Positions 30,174 to 43,600 of a stretch of DNA of 64,000 bases are shown in pieces. Each line of letters starts with the position of its first letter. Positions within the stretch are counted from its first letter, which is position 1. The notes beneath the pieces were generated by a model. That model was not told where the DNA came from. It saw only the letters and a list, made by a program, of their open reading frames with translations, and ran no database searches. The position numbers and the translations under genes are program-made. Source of the DNA: Nitrosopumilus sp. (GTDB taxonomy: Archaea; Thermoproteota; Nitrososphaeria; Nitrososphaerales; Nitrosopumilaceae); assembly GCA_965218785.1 (NCBI GenBank), contig OZ244650.1, positions 608,001 to 672,000 of the forward strand. Direction: 5' to 3'.

Positions 30174-30764
30174 TTAGCTGACTGTAACACTACCAATCAT
30201 CCATGGATGAACTATGCAGAAATAATCATAGCTGCCTGAATCCTCAAAGGTCTGTGACCAGGGATCAGCTGCTGGCAACATTAGATCACTGTGAAATACC
30301 TCTAATTTTGCATCTGTTGCTATTCCCGCACTTACTGTGTGCACTGCTGTGTCGGCGTTGGTCCATGTTACTGTATCTCCAGCGTTAATTGTGATATCTG
30401 CTGGTATGTAGCATTCGTTGGTTTCCTGACATCCTTGAACACTTGTACCTAGTGGAATCTCGACATCATGTGTTTGTGGTCCTGTTGATTTTTCAGTCTT
30501 TTTCATAACCACGTCTTCACCAAACTCAATACTGGATCCTTCCATGATCATACCATCTGTCATCATTGCATCTTTTTCTTTAATGTCAACCTTCGACTCT
30601 TCATATGGGTCTGTTTGGGTGTCTTGCTCCAAAGTTCTAGTTGGTTCATCTAGAGAAGTATATGATGACGTATCTTGTGTGGAATCTCCATATAATGCAA
30701 TTCCTACACCTATGGCGGCAATTGCAATACTAAATACAACTGCTGCCTTGTCTATACTTGCCAT
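30174..30764 (-). CDS. Membrane-anchored plastocyanin/azurin-type blue copper protein
   Basis: N-terminal TM helix; HTV and YFCIVHPWM type-1 Cu ligands. Confidence 0.92.
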   Translation of the reverse strand: MASIDKAAVVFSIAIAAIGVGIALYGDSTQDTSSYTSLDEPTRTLEQDTQTDPYEESKVDIKEKDAMMTDGMIMEGSSIEFGEDVVMKKTEKSTGPQTHDVEIPLGTSVQGCQETNECYIPADITINAGDTVTWTNADTAVHTVSAGIATDAKLEVFHSDLMLPAADPWSQTFEDSGSYDYFCIVHPWMIGSVTVS

Positions 30765-30849
30765 AATTGATCCATGACTTGTTATATGCTAAATAAATCT
30801 AATCCTTATTATCGTGTGTATAATTCCATTTTTACACCCATCTGGGGCA

Positions 30850-31230
30850 GATACTTGGAAAATATCAAAAAATTTGATTTATGGAAAAATCAACGTCAGG
30901 GGATGAGGGGGGATGGGGATAGGTACAGGGCAGGAACTGGAGAGAAACAAAAACGTGGTCTCATGGGTTAAAAACGATTATATCGGATTTGTCATAAGAT
31001 GTCTGTATAACGGAATACTGCATATTATTATCCAGATTTTCTGATTCGACTAAAGAACAGTGTAATGCTGGTTCTTGAGATCAAGGGAATTGATGACAAT
31101 CAGAACAAGGAAAAGCGCAGATATCAAGAGGGATGGATAGATATGGTAAATGAGGACGGCAGGTATGGCACCTGGATGTTGGGATGCTGCGTTCCATCCA
31201 AAAAATTCGAGGAATAATTGACAAGCACAA
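30850..31230 (+). pseudogene. Remnant of type III restriction endonuclease Res C-terminal nuclease domain
   Basis: Frameshifted translation ELERNKNVVSWVKNDYIGFVI / YYPDFLIRLKNSVMLVLEIKG...WIDMVNEDGRYGTW (PD-ExK). Confidence 0.75.
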
Positions 31231-31918
31231 CAAGACTCAAGTGTCAGCCAACGAATACCAAATGTCTCAAATGTGGTAAGGTGGGGATCCAGCTAGAATG
31301 AGACCACTTGCATACATACACTTTTTGAGTTGCGACTGTAAAAACATGCAAAAAATGTTCTTATTTAGAAAGATTCACTCTAATCATTTGTTGGTAAAAT
31401 AATCCATTTTATACTTTAAAATTTCAACAAATGATTCAAGATCTTTGATTTCTACAACATTAAACATGAGTCATCTGTTGGAAAATATCCCTATGGTTGT
31501 ATAATTTTGGGGATATCTGATGCATCCGATGAATCGTTAATGAATTTTACGTCGTTGGTGGTATCGACAAGCTGTGTTACAGAGGTCAACCCAATGATGT
31601 CTCTTCATATTTGTGCATTATCACTTTTAGTTCCGCTATAGTATAATCTGTTTTGTACTTATTACCAGTCAATTTCTACCCGATATTATCCAAGTTTTTA
31701 TATAAATGAGTTATGCGTAATCGATCCCAGACGGTAACATTCCGAATGTATAACCTGAAATCAACCACATATTGAGATGCTCCACATACAAAATAAAAAT
31801 TTATACAAAAATTTCTGATTTTTTACAAGATTTGATGTTTGATGTACAGAATCAAGTACGGCATGTGCAGGTGATACAGAAAAATGATCCATATATTTCT
31901 GAATATGTAGTTTTAGCA

Positions 31919-32854
31919 TTACTTTGTAGATGGTAATACTCTTACATACGCATTGCCGTTGTGATTTTCAATAATCTTCACAATTTTAGTTTGCTGAAAC
32001 GTGATATTGGTTGCATGGAATACTGATAATACCAAGTCCTGAAGTCTTTGATCATCTTCCAGATCAATAATTTTTAGTCCTAAATCTTTGCCTGTACTTC
32101 TTACTATGTGCCTGGAATGACTCTTGAAAACACCATGTGATGAGAGTGTCTTTGCTATACTGTGTCCTCTTGATTCTGCATCTGGTTCATTACCGAACAT
32201 GTATGTTTTCAGCCAACGTCCCACAAGATCTTCGGATAATTGTATCGCATTACTACATTGTTGGATCAATCCGGGGCTGTATTGACTCAATAATGGTAGC
32301 CATGCACCCATCTTTTCTGGCTCATTTTTGGAAATCTTTTGAGCTGCTGTAAACTCATCTAGTATTACTTGTGCTGGCGTCATTTTTATTCCAAATTGAG
32401 TTGGAAGTAATAACTGCGGATCAATTGGACCCAATGATGATTGTTTTCCCATTACCAATTGATTGGATGAGCATGCAAGCATGGTGGCAGCTGACATGGC
32501 TGCTTGTGGTATTATAACCCGTATATCATCAAATTTTTCACGCAGATACAACACAATTGATTCTACTGCCTCGGCAGAACCACCTGGACTGTGTAGTATT
32601 AAGTCTAATTCTTTGGTCTTCAAACCATACACTGTTTCCATAAATCCCTGTAGATCTTCATTTGTTATTGAAAATACACCGGCAACAGATCCTGCCGAAG
32701 GAGATGTCCAATTGGATGCATACAAGATTGTATTTCTTTTTGTATATTGATTTAATTCGATTAGATATTTGCGGCGTATATTGTCAAAAGGTGGCTTGCC
32801 TGTTGTTTTAATAGATTCCTGAACCTCACTTAATATTTCTCCCCAGCTTGGCAT
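31919..32854 (-). CDS. SDH-family Clp-fold serine protease
   Basis: DLILHSPGG, AMSAATMLA, LGPIDPQ, SHSRHI. Confidence 0.9.
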   Translation of the reverse strand: MPSWGEILSEVQESIKTTGKPPFDNIRRKYLIELNQYTKRNTILYASNWTSPSAGSVAGVFSITNEDLQGFMETVYGLKTKELDLILHSPGGSAEAVESIVLYLREKFDDIRVIIPQAAMSAATMLACSSNQLVMGKQSSLGPIDPQLLLPTQFGIKMTPAQVILDEFTAAQKISKNEPEKMGAWLPLLSQYSPGLIQQCSNAIQLSEDLVGRWLKTYMFGNEPDAESRGHSIAKTLSSHGVFKSHSRHIVRSTGKDLGLKIIDLEDDQRLQDLVLSVFHATNITFQQTKIVKIIENHNGNAYVRVLPSTK

Positions 32855-32856
32855 TT

Positions 32857-33039
32857 CTAACTAGTGGAATTTGTGGTTATTATTCCTTGATAATTTGTTC
32901 TGAAAATGATATTATGTTTCTTCATATACTCTTCATATCTTGATTGCAGTTCTAATAATTCATTTATACCTGCATGTTTTTTTGCCTGTTCAAATAGTTC
33001 GTCAAAACTTGGATTTTTATCCTCAATCTCATTTTCCAT
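32857..33039 (-). CDS. Small protein directly upstream of the SDH protease
   Basis: 60 aa, ends 2 nt before the protease start. Confidence 0.6.
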   Translation of the reverse strand: MENEIEDKNPSFDELFEQAKKHAGINELLELQSRYEEYMKKHNIIFRTNYQGIITTNSTS

Positions 33040-33950
33040 ACTAGATAGATGTGTTGTTGGTAAAAAAAGGTTTCAATTCATGATTGATATCGTTATGATT
33101 AAAAAAAATTAATAGGAATATTGTAGGCGTCCCAATCGCCTCTGTCATCATTACTACAAAGCAGACATGGCGGATTTGGCAAATACCAAAAAGGTGAAGG
33201 CAAAATAGCATCTAATTATGCAAACGCGGATTTGGCAGTAAAAGCAATGTTGAAATTCGTTGAAAAAAGAGCAAATAGATAAGATAGTTTCCCTTTTAAT
33301 ATTTTTAAAGCGCACTTTGCAAATCACAGAGTTTGATACTGATTAATTCTTAAAGTAATTCAAAATACCAAACAAACATCTCAAGAATTAGAAAAAAATG
33401 CAAAAATCAGGATCCGATAACTGCCTTACGCCGGAAAGCACCCGAGAATCCTCGTTATGATCCATTACAAAAGACGGAATTCAGTTTTTTAGAGCATGTG
33501 AGAAATTCAATGCAGATACATGTGTCGTATATTGAGGAATTAAACAGAGCGGGGTCAAATTGCAGTAATCTTGGATGGGGCGCCACAGCATCGTGCAAAA
33601 GATGTCAGGAAATTTTTTTTTTAAGAAAAAAAACCCAAACGTCAAATTAATTATCCTCCAAAATCCCTTCTCTGAATACAGTAGAGTGCTGGCATCAGGC
33701 AAAGCGTTTGCCGGTCTAATATCGTGCGTCAATCTCCAATATGCATTGTTTCCAAATATTTTAGAACGGTGAGATTCTGCCTGGATGCTGAAAATATCTG
33801 TGCAGAGTTTCCGATATTTGCCTCATAAACATTTGATTATCACTATGCCCAAATACAATGCTGACAGGTGACATCAATGCAAAAATTATACATAAAAAAA
33901 CAATCCTATAACACTGCTGTTGGTACCGGTGTAGGTATGGCATACCGTTT

Positions 33951-34154
33951 ATGGAAAAACAAACAAAGTTACAGGAAAAATTTGAAAAAGCGCTGAATGA
34001 ACATGTGAGGCACTGCAAATATCCTGCAGTCAAGGAGGATATCGGGGTATTGACAGTTGAATGCCTAAATGGTCTCAGTCACGAATTCCGGAAACTGCCT
34101 GGGTCCGAATTGCAAAATCAAACCAAATTACAGAGACGCAGCATGGTCAACTGA
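33951..34154 (+). CDS. Small hypothetical protein
   Basis: 67-aa ATG ORF in a degraded region. Confidence 0.35.
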   Translation: MEKQTKLQEKFEKALNEHVRHCKYPAVKEDIGVLTVECLNGLSHEFRKLPGSELQNQTKLQRRSMVN

Positions 34155-34629
34155 TTGGAAATTTATCCTGCTGAATTTTTATTCGGTGAGGTCTTGATAA
34201 TGCTCTTTCAGACATTGGACCAGTTCCTGTATTTTGACCCGTGTTAACTGACGTGACTTGCCCCAAAAAATAAGACCGGTGATCATCATGGGTCTGACTG
34301 TCCCTGACTTGGCTCATTTTTCATATTTATGGGACGATTCAAAATACAGCAAGAAATTTTCAACAGACAGATTTGAATCTGAAGATCCGTATTTATACCT
34401 CATGCCTAGTAGCACGGTAACTTGGATCTTTTTTTGATCGCCTCAAATCCAATCCTTGAAAACACCCTAATTACGTGCAATAAAAACACCATAAATTACC
34501 CATATGGTCAGAGAATACTTTTTAAACTGCATTTATTATCAAAAACACAGGTAAATAAAACATGATAAATATGACGGAGGTGGGGAACACCGTATTGACA
34601 CTTGGTGGTAATGACCCATTTGATGCCAT

Positions 34630-37600
34630 ATGACGATTCTACCTATTGGCCTGCTTGCAATACTTTTTGCATTCTCTGCAGGACTGGTACTATCTGATGC
34701 GAATGCCCAGACTGCTGTCCTGTCTGAAATAGACTCATTTGCCCTTCCAGATAACGGATACCGGCACAACCTGATACATCTTAGCGACGAATTTTACGTC
34801 TCCTCACACACTGCAATTCATACTTCTGCAACAGATGAGAATGCTTTATCATCTGTAGTCTACCTCAGACTATACACCATAATTAATGGGGAGATCAATC
34901 TGATTCGCGACCTTGCAGTAACACCCACTGGAGGTGGTTCCGAGTCCACAGTCCGTTCAGAAACAGAGAACCCAAATTCTACTGGTCTTGCACGCGTAGA
35001 TGTTGATAGACTTGCATTGTCATATACCTCTAGTGGAACAAATATTATTCGAACATATAATGTTACAATTTCTAGTCCTAATCCTGACTTTGTACGGGAT
35101 AAGCAACGTGTCTTTCAATCCGTAGGAGATGCAAATAATCACTCTCTGGTAGCACTTGATAAAGAAACGTTGGTACTTTCATATTCGCTGCCTGATGGTA
35201 GTCCTGACGGCTATGTTCAACTTTTCTCTATTCCTCATTCGGGTATTACACTGGATCTTGAGAACACTCTCCGGTATACCGACATACAGGGACGGTATCC
35301 ATCCTTGGTAAAACTGGATGATGATAGGGTGGTACTTGCATACAGAACTGTGAGAGCCCAGGTATATATTCAGACCGTTGATATTGTGACCAATGATATG
35401 GCCAATGATACACTTAATGCTCGCCTTGCTTTTACGACTATTGATTCCGATGAAAGAACGGCGTACAACTCTCTTATCCGGGTGGATGATAACACCGTGG
35501 CCTTGGCATACTCTAGGATTGGTATGAGTACGAACCTGGGCGACGGGGATGGCAGGATCCGCGTCTTTGATGTTGCTGACACAACTGGTGCCATTAGTTC
35601 AACTGGTAGTGGTGCTGTATTTTATGATGACGCTGAAACGGCAGGATCCGAGGAACGCATACACCTCAGCTCGCTGGCACTGCTGGACTCTGATACAATT
35701 GCAGTCGCATACAGGGGTGAAGGTGGAGCCGGCTTTATCCGATTATATGATATAGCCAGTAATGGTGCTTTGACTGCCAATGGTGAACCATTAGAACACG
35801 ACTCGGCAAACGGTGCGTTCAACTCACTTATCGCGATAGATGATACCACACTGGCACTCGTGTATGGAGGGGATCTTGCTAGGACTGATTTGTCAACGTC
35901 CTCTGAAGTTCCCAACACCATCAAGCTATTTAGTACGGTTTCAGATGTGATGCCGCCAACCATACTTTCTGCCGAGACCACTGATAGTAACACAATCGTG
36001 CTTACGGCATCAGAACTCCTTGAAGGAATGGCGAATATCGGAGACTTTACCGTTTCTAGCAGTACTCTTTCGGGTCATACTGTTTTTCCCAATACTGTTA
36101 CTGCTGCTGAAATATCTGGCAGTACCATAATCCTGACTACAGGCACGGTAATTTCCGGCGGTACTATTACGATTGCAGTGGAATACCGTGGTAACTCCAT
36201 AACTGATGGTGTAGGAAACGCACTTGCGAGATTTACCGATCAGTCCGTGAGCAACCGCGAGGTCGGCGTACCAATCATAACTAGCGTATCGGCAACACCT
36301 GGTACCTACAAAATAGGTGATACCATCGACATCACCGTAACGCTTAACACGTCAGTATTTGTATCAAATTCAAACGGACGACTGGAACTGAATTTTGGCA
36401 CTATTACTAGAGAGGTACCCATTTCCTCAAGTGTTACTAATAGTAATACTATTACCTTGCCATTCCCGTATACGGTTGCTACAGGAGATACTTCTGCTAA
36501 TCTAAATTATGTCGATACAAACTCGTTTCTAGGTTCTTCCGGTCACTTTACTGGTCCGGAAGGCCTTCTAAATCTGGCACTTCCTCCAACCACTTCAGCT
36601 GATTCGCTTGGCGGCTCTAATATAATAGTGACTGGTATTGCACCAATCATATCCACTGCTGTAACCACTGGTAGCACCACAATCGTACTTACGGCATCAG
36701 AGGCCCTTACAGGAACTATTGCTACCGGAGACTTTACCGTTGATGGCAATACCGTTATGGGTATACCTATACTATCTGATGGCACTACCATAACCATAAC
36801 TGTGGACACGGCAATTATCGGCGGCAATACAGTTACTGTGGATTACGGCGGTACCGCACTAGTTAATGCCGCAGGAAACGCACTTGCAACATTTGACGAT
36901 CGCCCCGTGACAAACAACGAGGCACCAATACCTGTCATAACTGACGTATCGGCAACAGGCGGTCCATACACCGCAGGTAATACCGTCCCCATTACCGTAA
37001 CATACGACCTGGCAGTAAGAGTAGTTGGAAACCCAGAACTGTTGCTGGCTACTGGCGACCCTGTTGCTGGCACCCCTAATACACCGGCAGTCTATCATTC
37101 CAGTCCTACTCCAACTACACTGCTATTCAATTATATGGTTGCTGCAACAGATAATTCTGCTGATCTAAATTATGTCGGTACAGACTCGCTTACACTAAGC
37201 GGCAGCGACAGCATCCTGTCCACCGCTGATAGCGCAGTTGCCAGTCTGACGCTTCCTGACCCCTCTGTTAACTCCTTTGGGGGATCTAACATAGTAGTGG
37301 ATAATGTGGCTCCTTTTCCATCTATAAATCGCGCTGTTCCTACCAATCCCACACTCCCGTTTGATATAGAATACGCTGTCCTGTTTTCAGAGCCTGTAAC
37401 AGGTCTTATGGCATCTGAAATTATGGTAACTGGAACAGCATCCGGTGGTTCCCCTGTAGTATCAGACTTTGTAGGAACCCCCCCTACCGACAGGTACACC
37501 TTTAATGTGGAAATCACCGCTGATGGTACAGTCGAAGTAACGATTCCTGCAGGTGTGGCAATGGATCGGGTAAACATCGGCAATACAGCATTATTAACAT

Positions 37601-40600
37601 CAGTCATCGATACAATTGATACTACGGCACCTTTCTACCGTTCTGCTGTAACCACTGATGCAAACACGATTACAATTACAGTATCAGAACCCCTTGACGA
37701 AAGTGTTGATGCTGTTGCCTCAGACTTTAGCGTTACATCCAACGGCATTGCCAACGGCCTTACCGCCCTACCTGAAATAAATGACAATATCATAACCCTA
37801 AGGGTAGGCACGCCAATTCTCGGCGGTCATGCGATTACAGTGCAATATTCTGGTATGAATCTAATTGATGCAGCAGGTAACGCACTTGAGATCTTTACAA
37901 GGAATCCGACAAACACCTTGGATGTTCCAACAACTCCTGCCGTAACTGGGGTAACTGGACTAGGCGGTTTTTACTTTTCGGGTTTCTCCATTGACATCGA
38001 GGTAACATTTGACGAGGCAGTAACCGTATCTACAGAATCTGGAATCCCGCGAATAATCCTGGATACTGGTGTTACTGGTGGTACAGCAGTCAACTATGTC
38101 AGAACCGAGAGTGGTGGAACTGTCTTGGTATTCGACTATTCAACTGCCCCCGGACACAATTCTGAGAAACTCAACTATGTCAACACGGGCTCCCTCATAC
38201 TAAACGGCGGAAGCATAAATGCCGCTGATGATGCTAATCCTGCCGATCTGACACTTCCTGCAGTTGCTTCTACAGCATCACTTGGCAACTCTAACATAGT
38301 GGTGGATACTGTAATACCCAGTGTAACCATATCCTCTGATAACCTCCTCACAAAATCTCGCAGCATCACATTTACTGCCGAGTTTACAGAGGACGTGACA
38401 GGCTTTGTTGATACTACAAATGATATCGTGGTATCTGGTGCGGCAACAACTGTCACAACAATAACTCCCGTTAACGGCACCCATTACGACTTTGTTGTGG
38501 ATGCCACCGCTGATGGCGCAGTCACCGTATCCATCCCCGCAGATGCGGCAATGGATAGGGCAGATAACGGCAATACGGTATCTGACCCATACACCATCAC
38601 AGTCGATACTGTAGCACCCACCGTGACTATATCTACTGATACCGCTAATGGCGGCTCGCAAAACACCAACACAATATCATACAATGTCGACTTTAGCGAG
38701 GGAGTCCACGACTTTGTCGAAGGTGATATTACCGTAACTGGAACGGCGCCCTTTGGTACACCCGCAATAAGAAACTTTAATGAAGTCGGTCCAGAAGAGT
38801 ATACGTTTGACGTGGTAACCACCGATAATGGTACAGTCCTGGTAACGATTCCCGCAGGTGTGGCAACAGATGATGCGACCAACGGCAACGAGGCATCTGC
38901 CACATATACTGTCACAGTTGATGATGACATACCCACTGTCACCATAAGCGCTACTGACAGTGCTGGCACTGCTACCGCTAATGGCGGCTCGCAAAACGAC
39001 AACACAATATCATACACTGCCACCTTTAGCAAGCCTGTAACAGGCTTTGAAATAGATGATATCACGATATCTGGATCAGCACCACTTGGTACGCCTGCAG
39101 TAACAAACTTTGATATAACAAACGCACCCGAGTATACGTTTGACGTGGTAACCACCAATGATGGCACAGTCCTTGTATCCATCGCGGAAAATGTGGCAGC
39201 AGATACGGCAGGCAACGGCAACGCGGCATCTGGCGTATATACCGTTACAGTTGATAATGTCGTACCCACCGTGATGCTGGGTTCTACTACTACTGCAGTT
39301 GATGGCGGCTCGCAAAACACCAGCATAGCATCCTACACTGTCATGTTTAGCGAGGATGTCGAGAACTTTGTCGAAGGTGATATCACAGTAACTGGAACGG
39401 CATCAGGTGGTTCCCCTGGAGTATCAAGCTTTGCAGGAATCGGTGCCTCATACACCTTTAACGTGGAGACCAGCGCTGATGGTACAGTCGAAGTAACGAT
39501 TCCCGCAGGTGTGGCAGCAGATGCGGCAGGCAACCTCAACACGGAATCCCTCATGCACACTATTACAGTTGATACTACCGTGCCAACTGTGGGGATAACC
39601 ACTGATACTGCTAATGGCGGCTCGCAAAACACCAACACAATATCATACACTGCCACCTTTAGCGAGGCAGTCAACAACTTTGTCGTAGATGATATCACAG
39701 TAACTGGAACGGCATCCGGCGGTTCGCCTACAGCAACAATCTTTGACGGAAGCGGTGCCTCATATACCTTTAACGTGGTAACCAGCGCTGATGGTACAGT
39801 CGAGGTAATGATTCCCGCAAATGTGGCAACAGATACGGCAAACAACGACAACATGGAATCTGGCACATACACCGTCACAGTTGATACCCTCGCGCCTACC
39901 ATCATGTCTGTGGAAACCACTGATAGTACCACGATCGTAATTACCGCATTAGAACCCCTTGCAGAAATTACTCCTACGGGAGTCTTTACCGTTACTGACA
40001 ACACCGTTAATGGCATTCCTACAATATCTGGCAGTACCATAACCATAATCGTTGGCACATCAATAGTGTTTGGAGACACACCTGAAGTAACATATGTTGG
40101 CACTGACCTAACTGATGTCGCCGGAAACGCACTTGAGGCGATTACCGACCGGACTGTAACAAACAACGTGCCAGTCGCTGGCGCGCCAGTTGTAACCGGC
40201 GTAGCGGCACCGCCCGGTTCATACAAAGAGGGTGATACCATTAATATCACCGTAACATTTAACGAGGCAGTAACCGTATCTACAACATCTGGAACCCCGC
40301 AACTGACGCTGGAGACTGGTGATCCTGATGCGGTAGCTGTCTATACCCTCACCGGCTCTACTGGAACTGCCCTGATATTCGAGTATACGGTTGCTGCAGG
40401 AGAGAATTCTGCTGATCTCAACTATGTGAGTATAAACTCGCTTGACCTAAACGGCGGAACCATAGTTGCTGTAGCTCCCGGCGCTACTCCCGCATCCACG
40501 ACACTTCCTGCTATTACCGCCGTTGAGTCACTTGGCGGCAGCTCTGCTGTAATTGTGGATACTATGGCGCCAACTGTAGTCATAACTAACATTCAAACCA

Positions 40601-43600
40601 CTAATATCGGCGGCTTTTCCTCCTCCCGCGTCCTTACCTTCATTGCCACCTTTAGCGAGGAAGTCAACAACTTTGTCGTAGGTGATATCACGGTAGGTGG
40701 AACGGCTACTGTCACAGCAGCAGCTAGCGTTATGCAACAACCTTTCGGAGACCGCTCCATATACACCATTGCTGTGACTGCCCCCGCTGATGGTACAGTC
40801 GTTGTATCAATTCCCCTAAATGCTGCAGCAGATGATGCAGGCAACGGCAACATGGCATCTGACCCATACACCATCACAGTCGATACTGCAGCACCCACCG
40901 TAACCATAACCGCAGATGATGTAAATGCTAACGGTTTCACAAACTCTGCTGCCATTACCTATAATGCCAAATTTAACGAGGTCGTGTCAGATTTTGATAA
41001 CGCAAATGATATTACACTAGGTGGTACGGCAACTGCAACTGTCTCAGCACCAACGGCCATTAACGGCACCGACTATACCTTTGTTGTGACTAGCACCGCT
41101 GATGCTACCTCCGCCAATGATGGCACCGTCGTCGTATCCATACCTGTAAATGCGGTATCAGATGCGGCAGGAAACAACAACGCGGCATCTGCCCCATATA
41201 CTGTCACAATCGATACCGTGGTATCCGGCGTGCAAATAACTACTATTACTGATAATGACGGAACACAAAACAGCAACACGATATCATACTCTGCAGTCTT
41301 TGGCGAGGCTGTGACAGGCTTTGATCTGGCAGATATTGACGTATCTGGAACGGCATCCAATAATGCACCTGTAGCATCAAGCTTTTCAGGAAGCGGGCTT
41401 TCCTACGCCTTTGACGTGGTGGTAGCCTCAGGCGATGGCACCGTCATAGTAAGGATTCCAGCAAATGTGGCAGTTGATAGGGCAGGCAACGGTCACACGG
41501 CATCTAACACATACACAGTCACAGTCGATACTGCCCTACCCACCGTAGAGATAACCGCTGACGGTGTCGCTAATGGCGGCTCGCAAACCACCGACACTGT
41601 ATCCTATACAGCCACCTTTAACGAGGAAGTTGTGAACTTTGTAGTAGCTGATATTGAAGTATCTGGAACGGCATCCTTTGGTACACCTGCAGTAACAGAC
41701 TTTGATGCAACAAACGCGCCCGTGTATACGTTTGACGTGATGACCACCGATGACGGTACAGTCGTCGTATCAATCCCCGAAGGTGCGGCAACAGATGCAG
41801 GAACCAACGGCAACGTGGCATCCGGCGATCACACAGTCACAGTTGATACCAGCATACCCAGCGTAACTGGCGTAGCTGCAACAGGCGGCTCATACATGGC
41901 AAGCGACCGCATTGACATCATCGTAACATTTGACGAGCAAGTAGAGGTAACTGGCGAGCCAACTTTAACTCTGGATACCGGCGCAGTGGTAAGCTTTAAT
42001 GCTTTCGTTGACACCAGCCGTCTCACCTTGCAATTTCCATATACCGTTACCGCAGGACAAAATTCTGACGATCTCAACTATGTGGATGTAGACTCACTTG
42101 ACCTAAGCGGCGGAAGCATCACAGCATTTGATAACGGCATTCCTGCTAGCCTGTTACTTCCCGCAACCACCCTTGATGACTCACTTGGCGGCTCTGATGT
42201 AATAGTGGACACTACCGCACCAAGATTCCTGTCTGCTCAGACCACCACTCCAAACACGATTGAAATTATCATATCAGAACCCCTTGATCAAACTATGACT
42301 GCAGGAACCTTTACCGTTGCCACCAATACCGTTTCTGGCACTCCTGTGATATCTGGCAGTACCATAACCATAACTGTTGGCATGGCAATAACGTCCGCAG
42401 ACACGCTCACAGTATCATACACAACTGACACCGGTGGTATAGCTGACATTGCCGGAAACGCACTTGAAACATTTGCTAATCCAGAGACCGTGACAAACAA
42501 CGTGCCAGACGCTACTGCACCAACTGTACTTAGCGTATCGGCACCGCCCGGTACCCACACCACCGGTGCCACAATTGACATCACCGTAGCATTTGATGAG
42601 GCAGTGGATGTGACTGGCGTCCCGCAACTGACGCTGGATACTGGTGCTGTAGTTGACTATACCTCAGGCACGGGTGGAACTGACCTGCTATTCCAGTATA
42701 CCGTTGCCGCAGGAGAGAATTCTGCTGATCTCAACTATGCCAATGTAAACTCACTTGCACTAAACAGCGGAACCATTAATGTCGCTGGTGGCACTACTGC
42801 TGTAAATCTGGTGCTTCCTGCAACCACCGCTGCAACATCACTTGGCGGCAGCTCTGCTGTAATTGTGGATACTACGGCACCAACTGTAACCATATCTAAC
42901 GATCAAACCACTAGTGACGGTGAGACTGCCACCACCCGCACCCTCGACTACACTGTCGAGTTTTCAGAGACTGTGACAGGCTTTGCCATGAATGATATCA
43001 CAGTATCTGGGGCGGCAACCGCACCTGATGCTGCACCGGCCGGATCCGATGACACGTACACCTTTACTGTGACTGCCCCAGCCGACGGTACAGTCACCGT
43101 ATCCATCCCCGCAGGCGCGGCAGCAGATGAGGCAGGCAACGACAACATTGTATCTGCCGATTATACAGTCATAATTGATGCCACCGCGCCAACCATCATG
43201 TCTGCTGCAACCAGTGGTAGTACCACGATCGTAATTACCGCATCAGAACCACTTGCAGAAATTACTCCTACGGGAGACTTTACCGTTACTGACAACACCG
43301 TTAATGGCATTCCTACAATATCTGGCAGTACCATAACCATAATCGTTGGCACATCAATAGTGTTTGGAGACACACCTGAAGTAACATATGTTGGCACTGA
43401 CCTAACTGATGTCGCCGGAAACGCACTTGCAGCGATTACCTCCCAGACTGTAACAAACAACGTGCCAGTCGCTGGCGTGCCAGTTGTAACCGGCGTAGCG
43501 GCACCGCCCGGTACACACAATGCGGGTGATACCATTGATATCACCGTAACATTTAACGAGGCAGTGGATGTGACTGGCACCCCGCAACTGACGCTGGAGA

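Noticed and set aside
33100-33950. Possible gene remnants upstream of the giant gene
   Set aside because: Short broken frames with no motif I could assign; blastx is needed.
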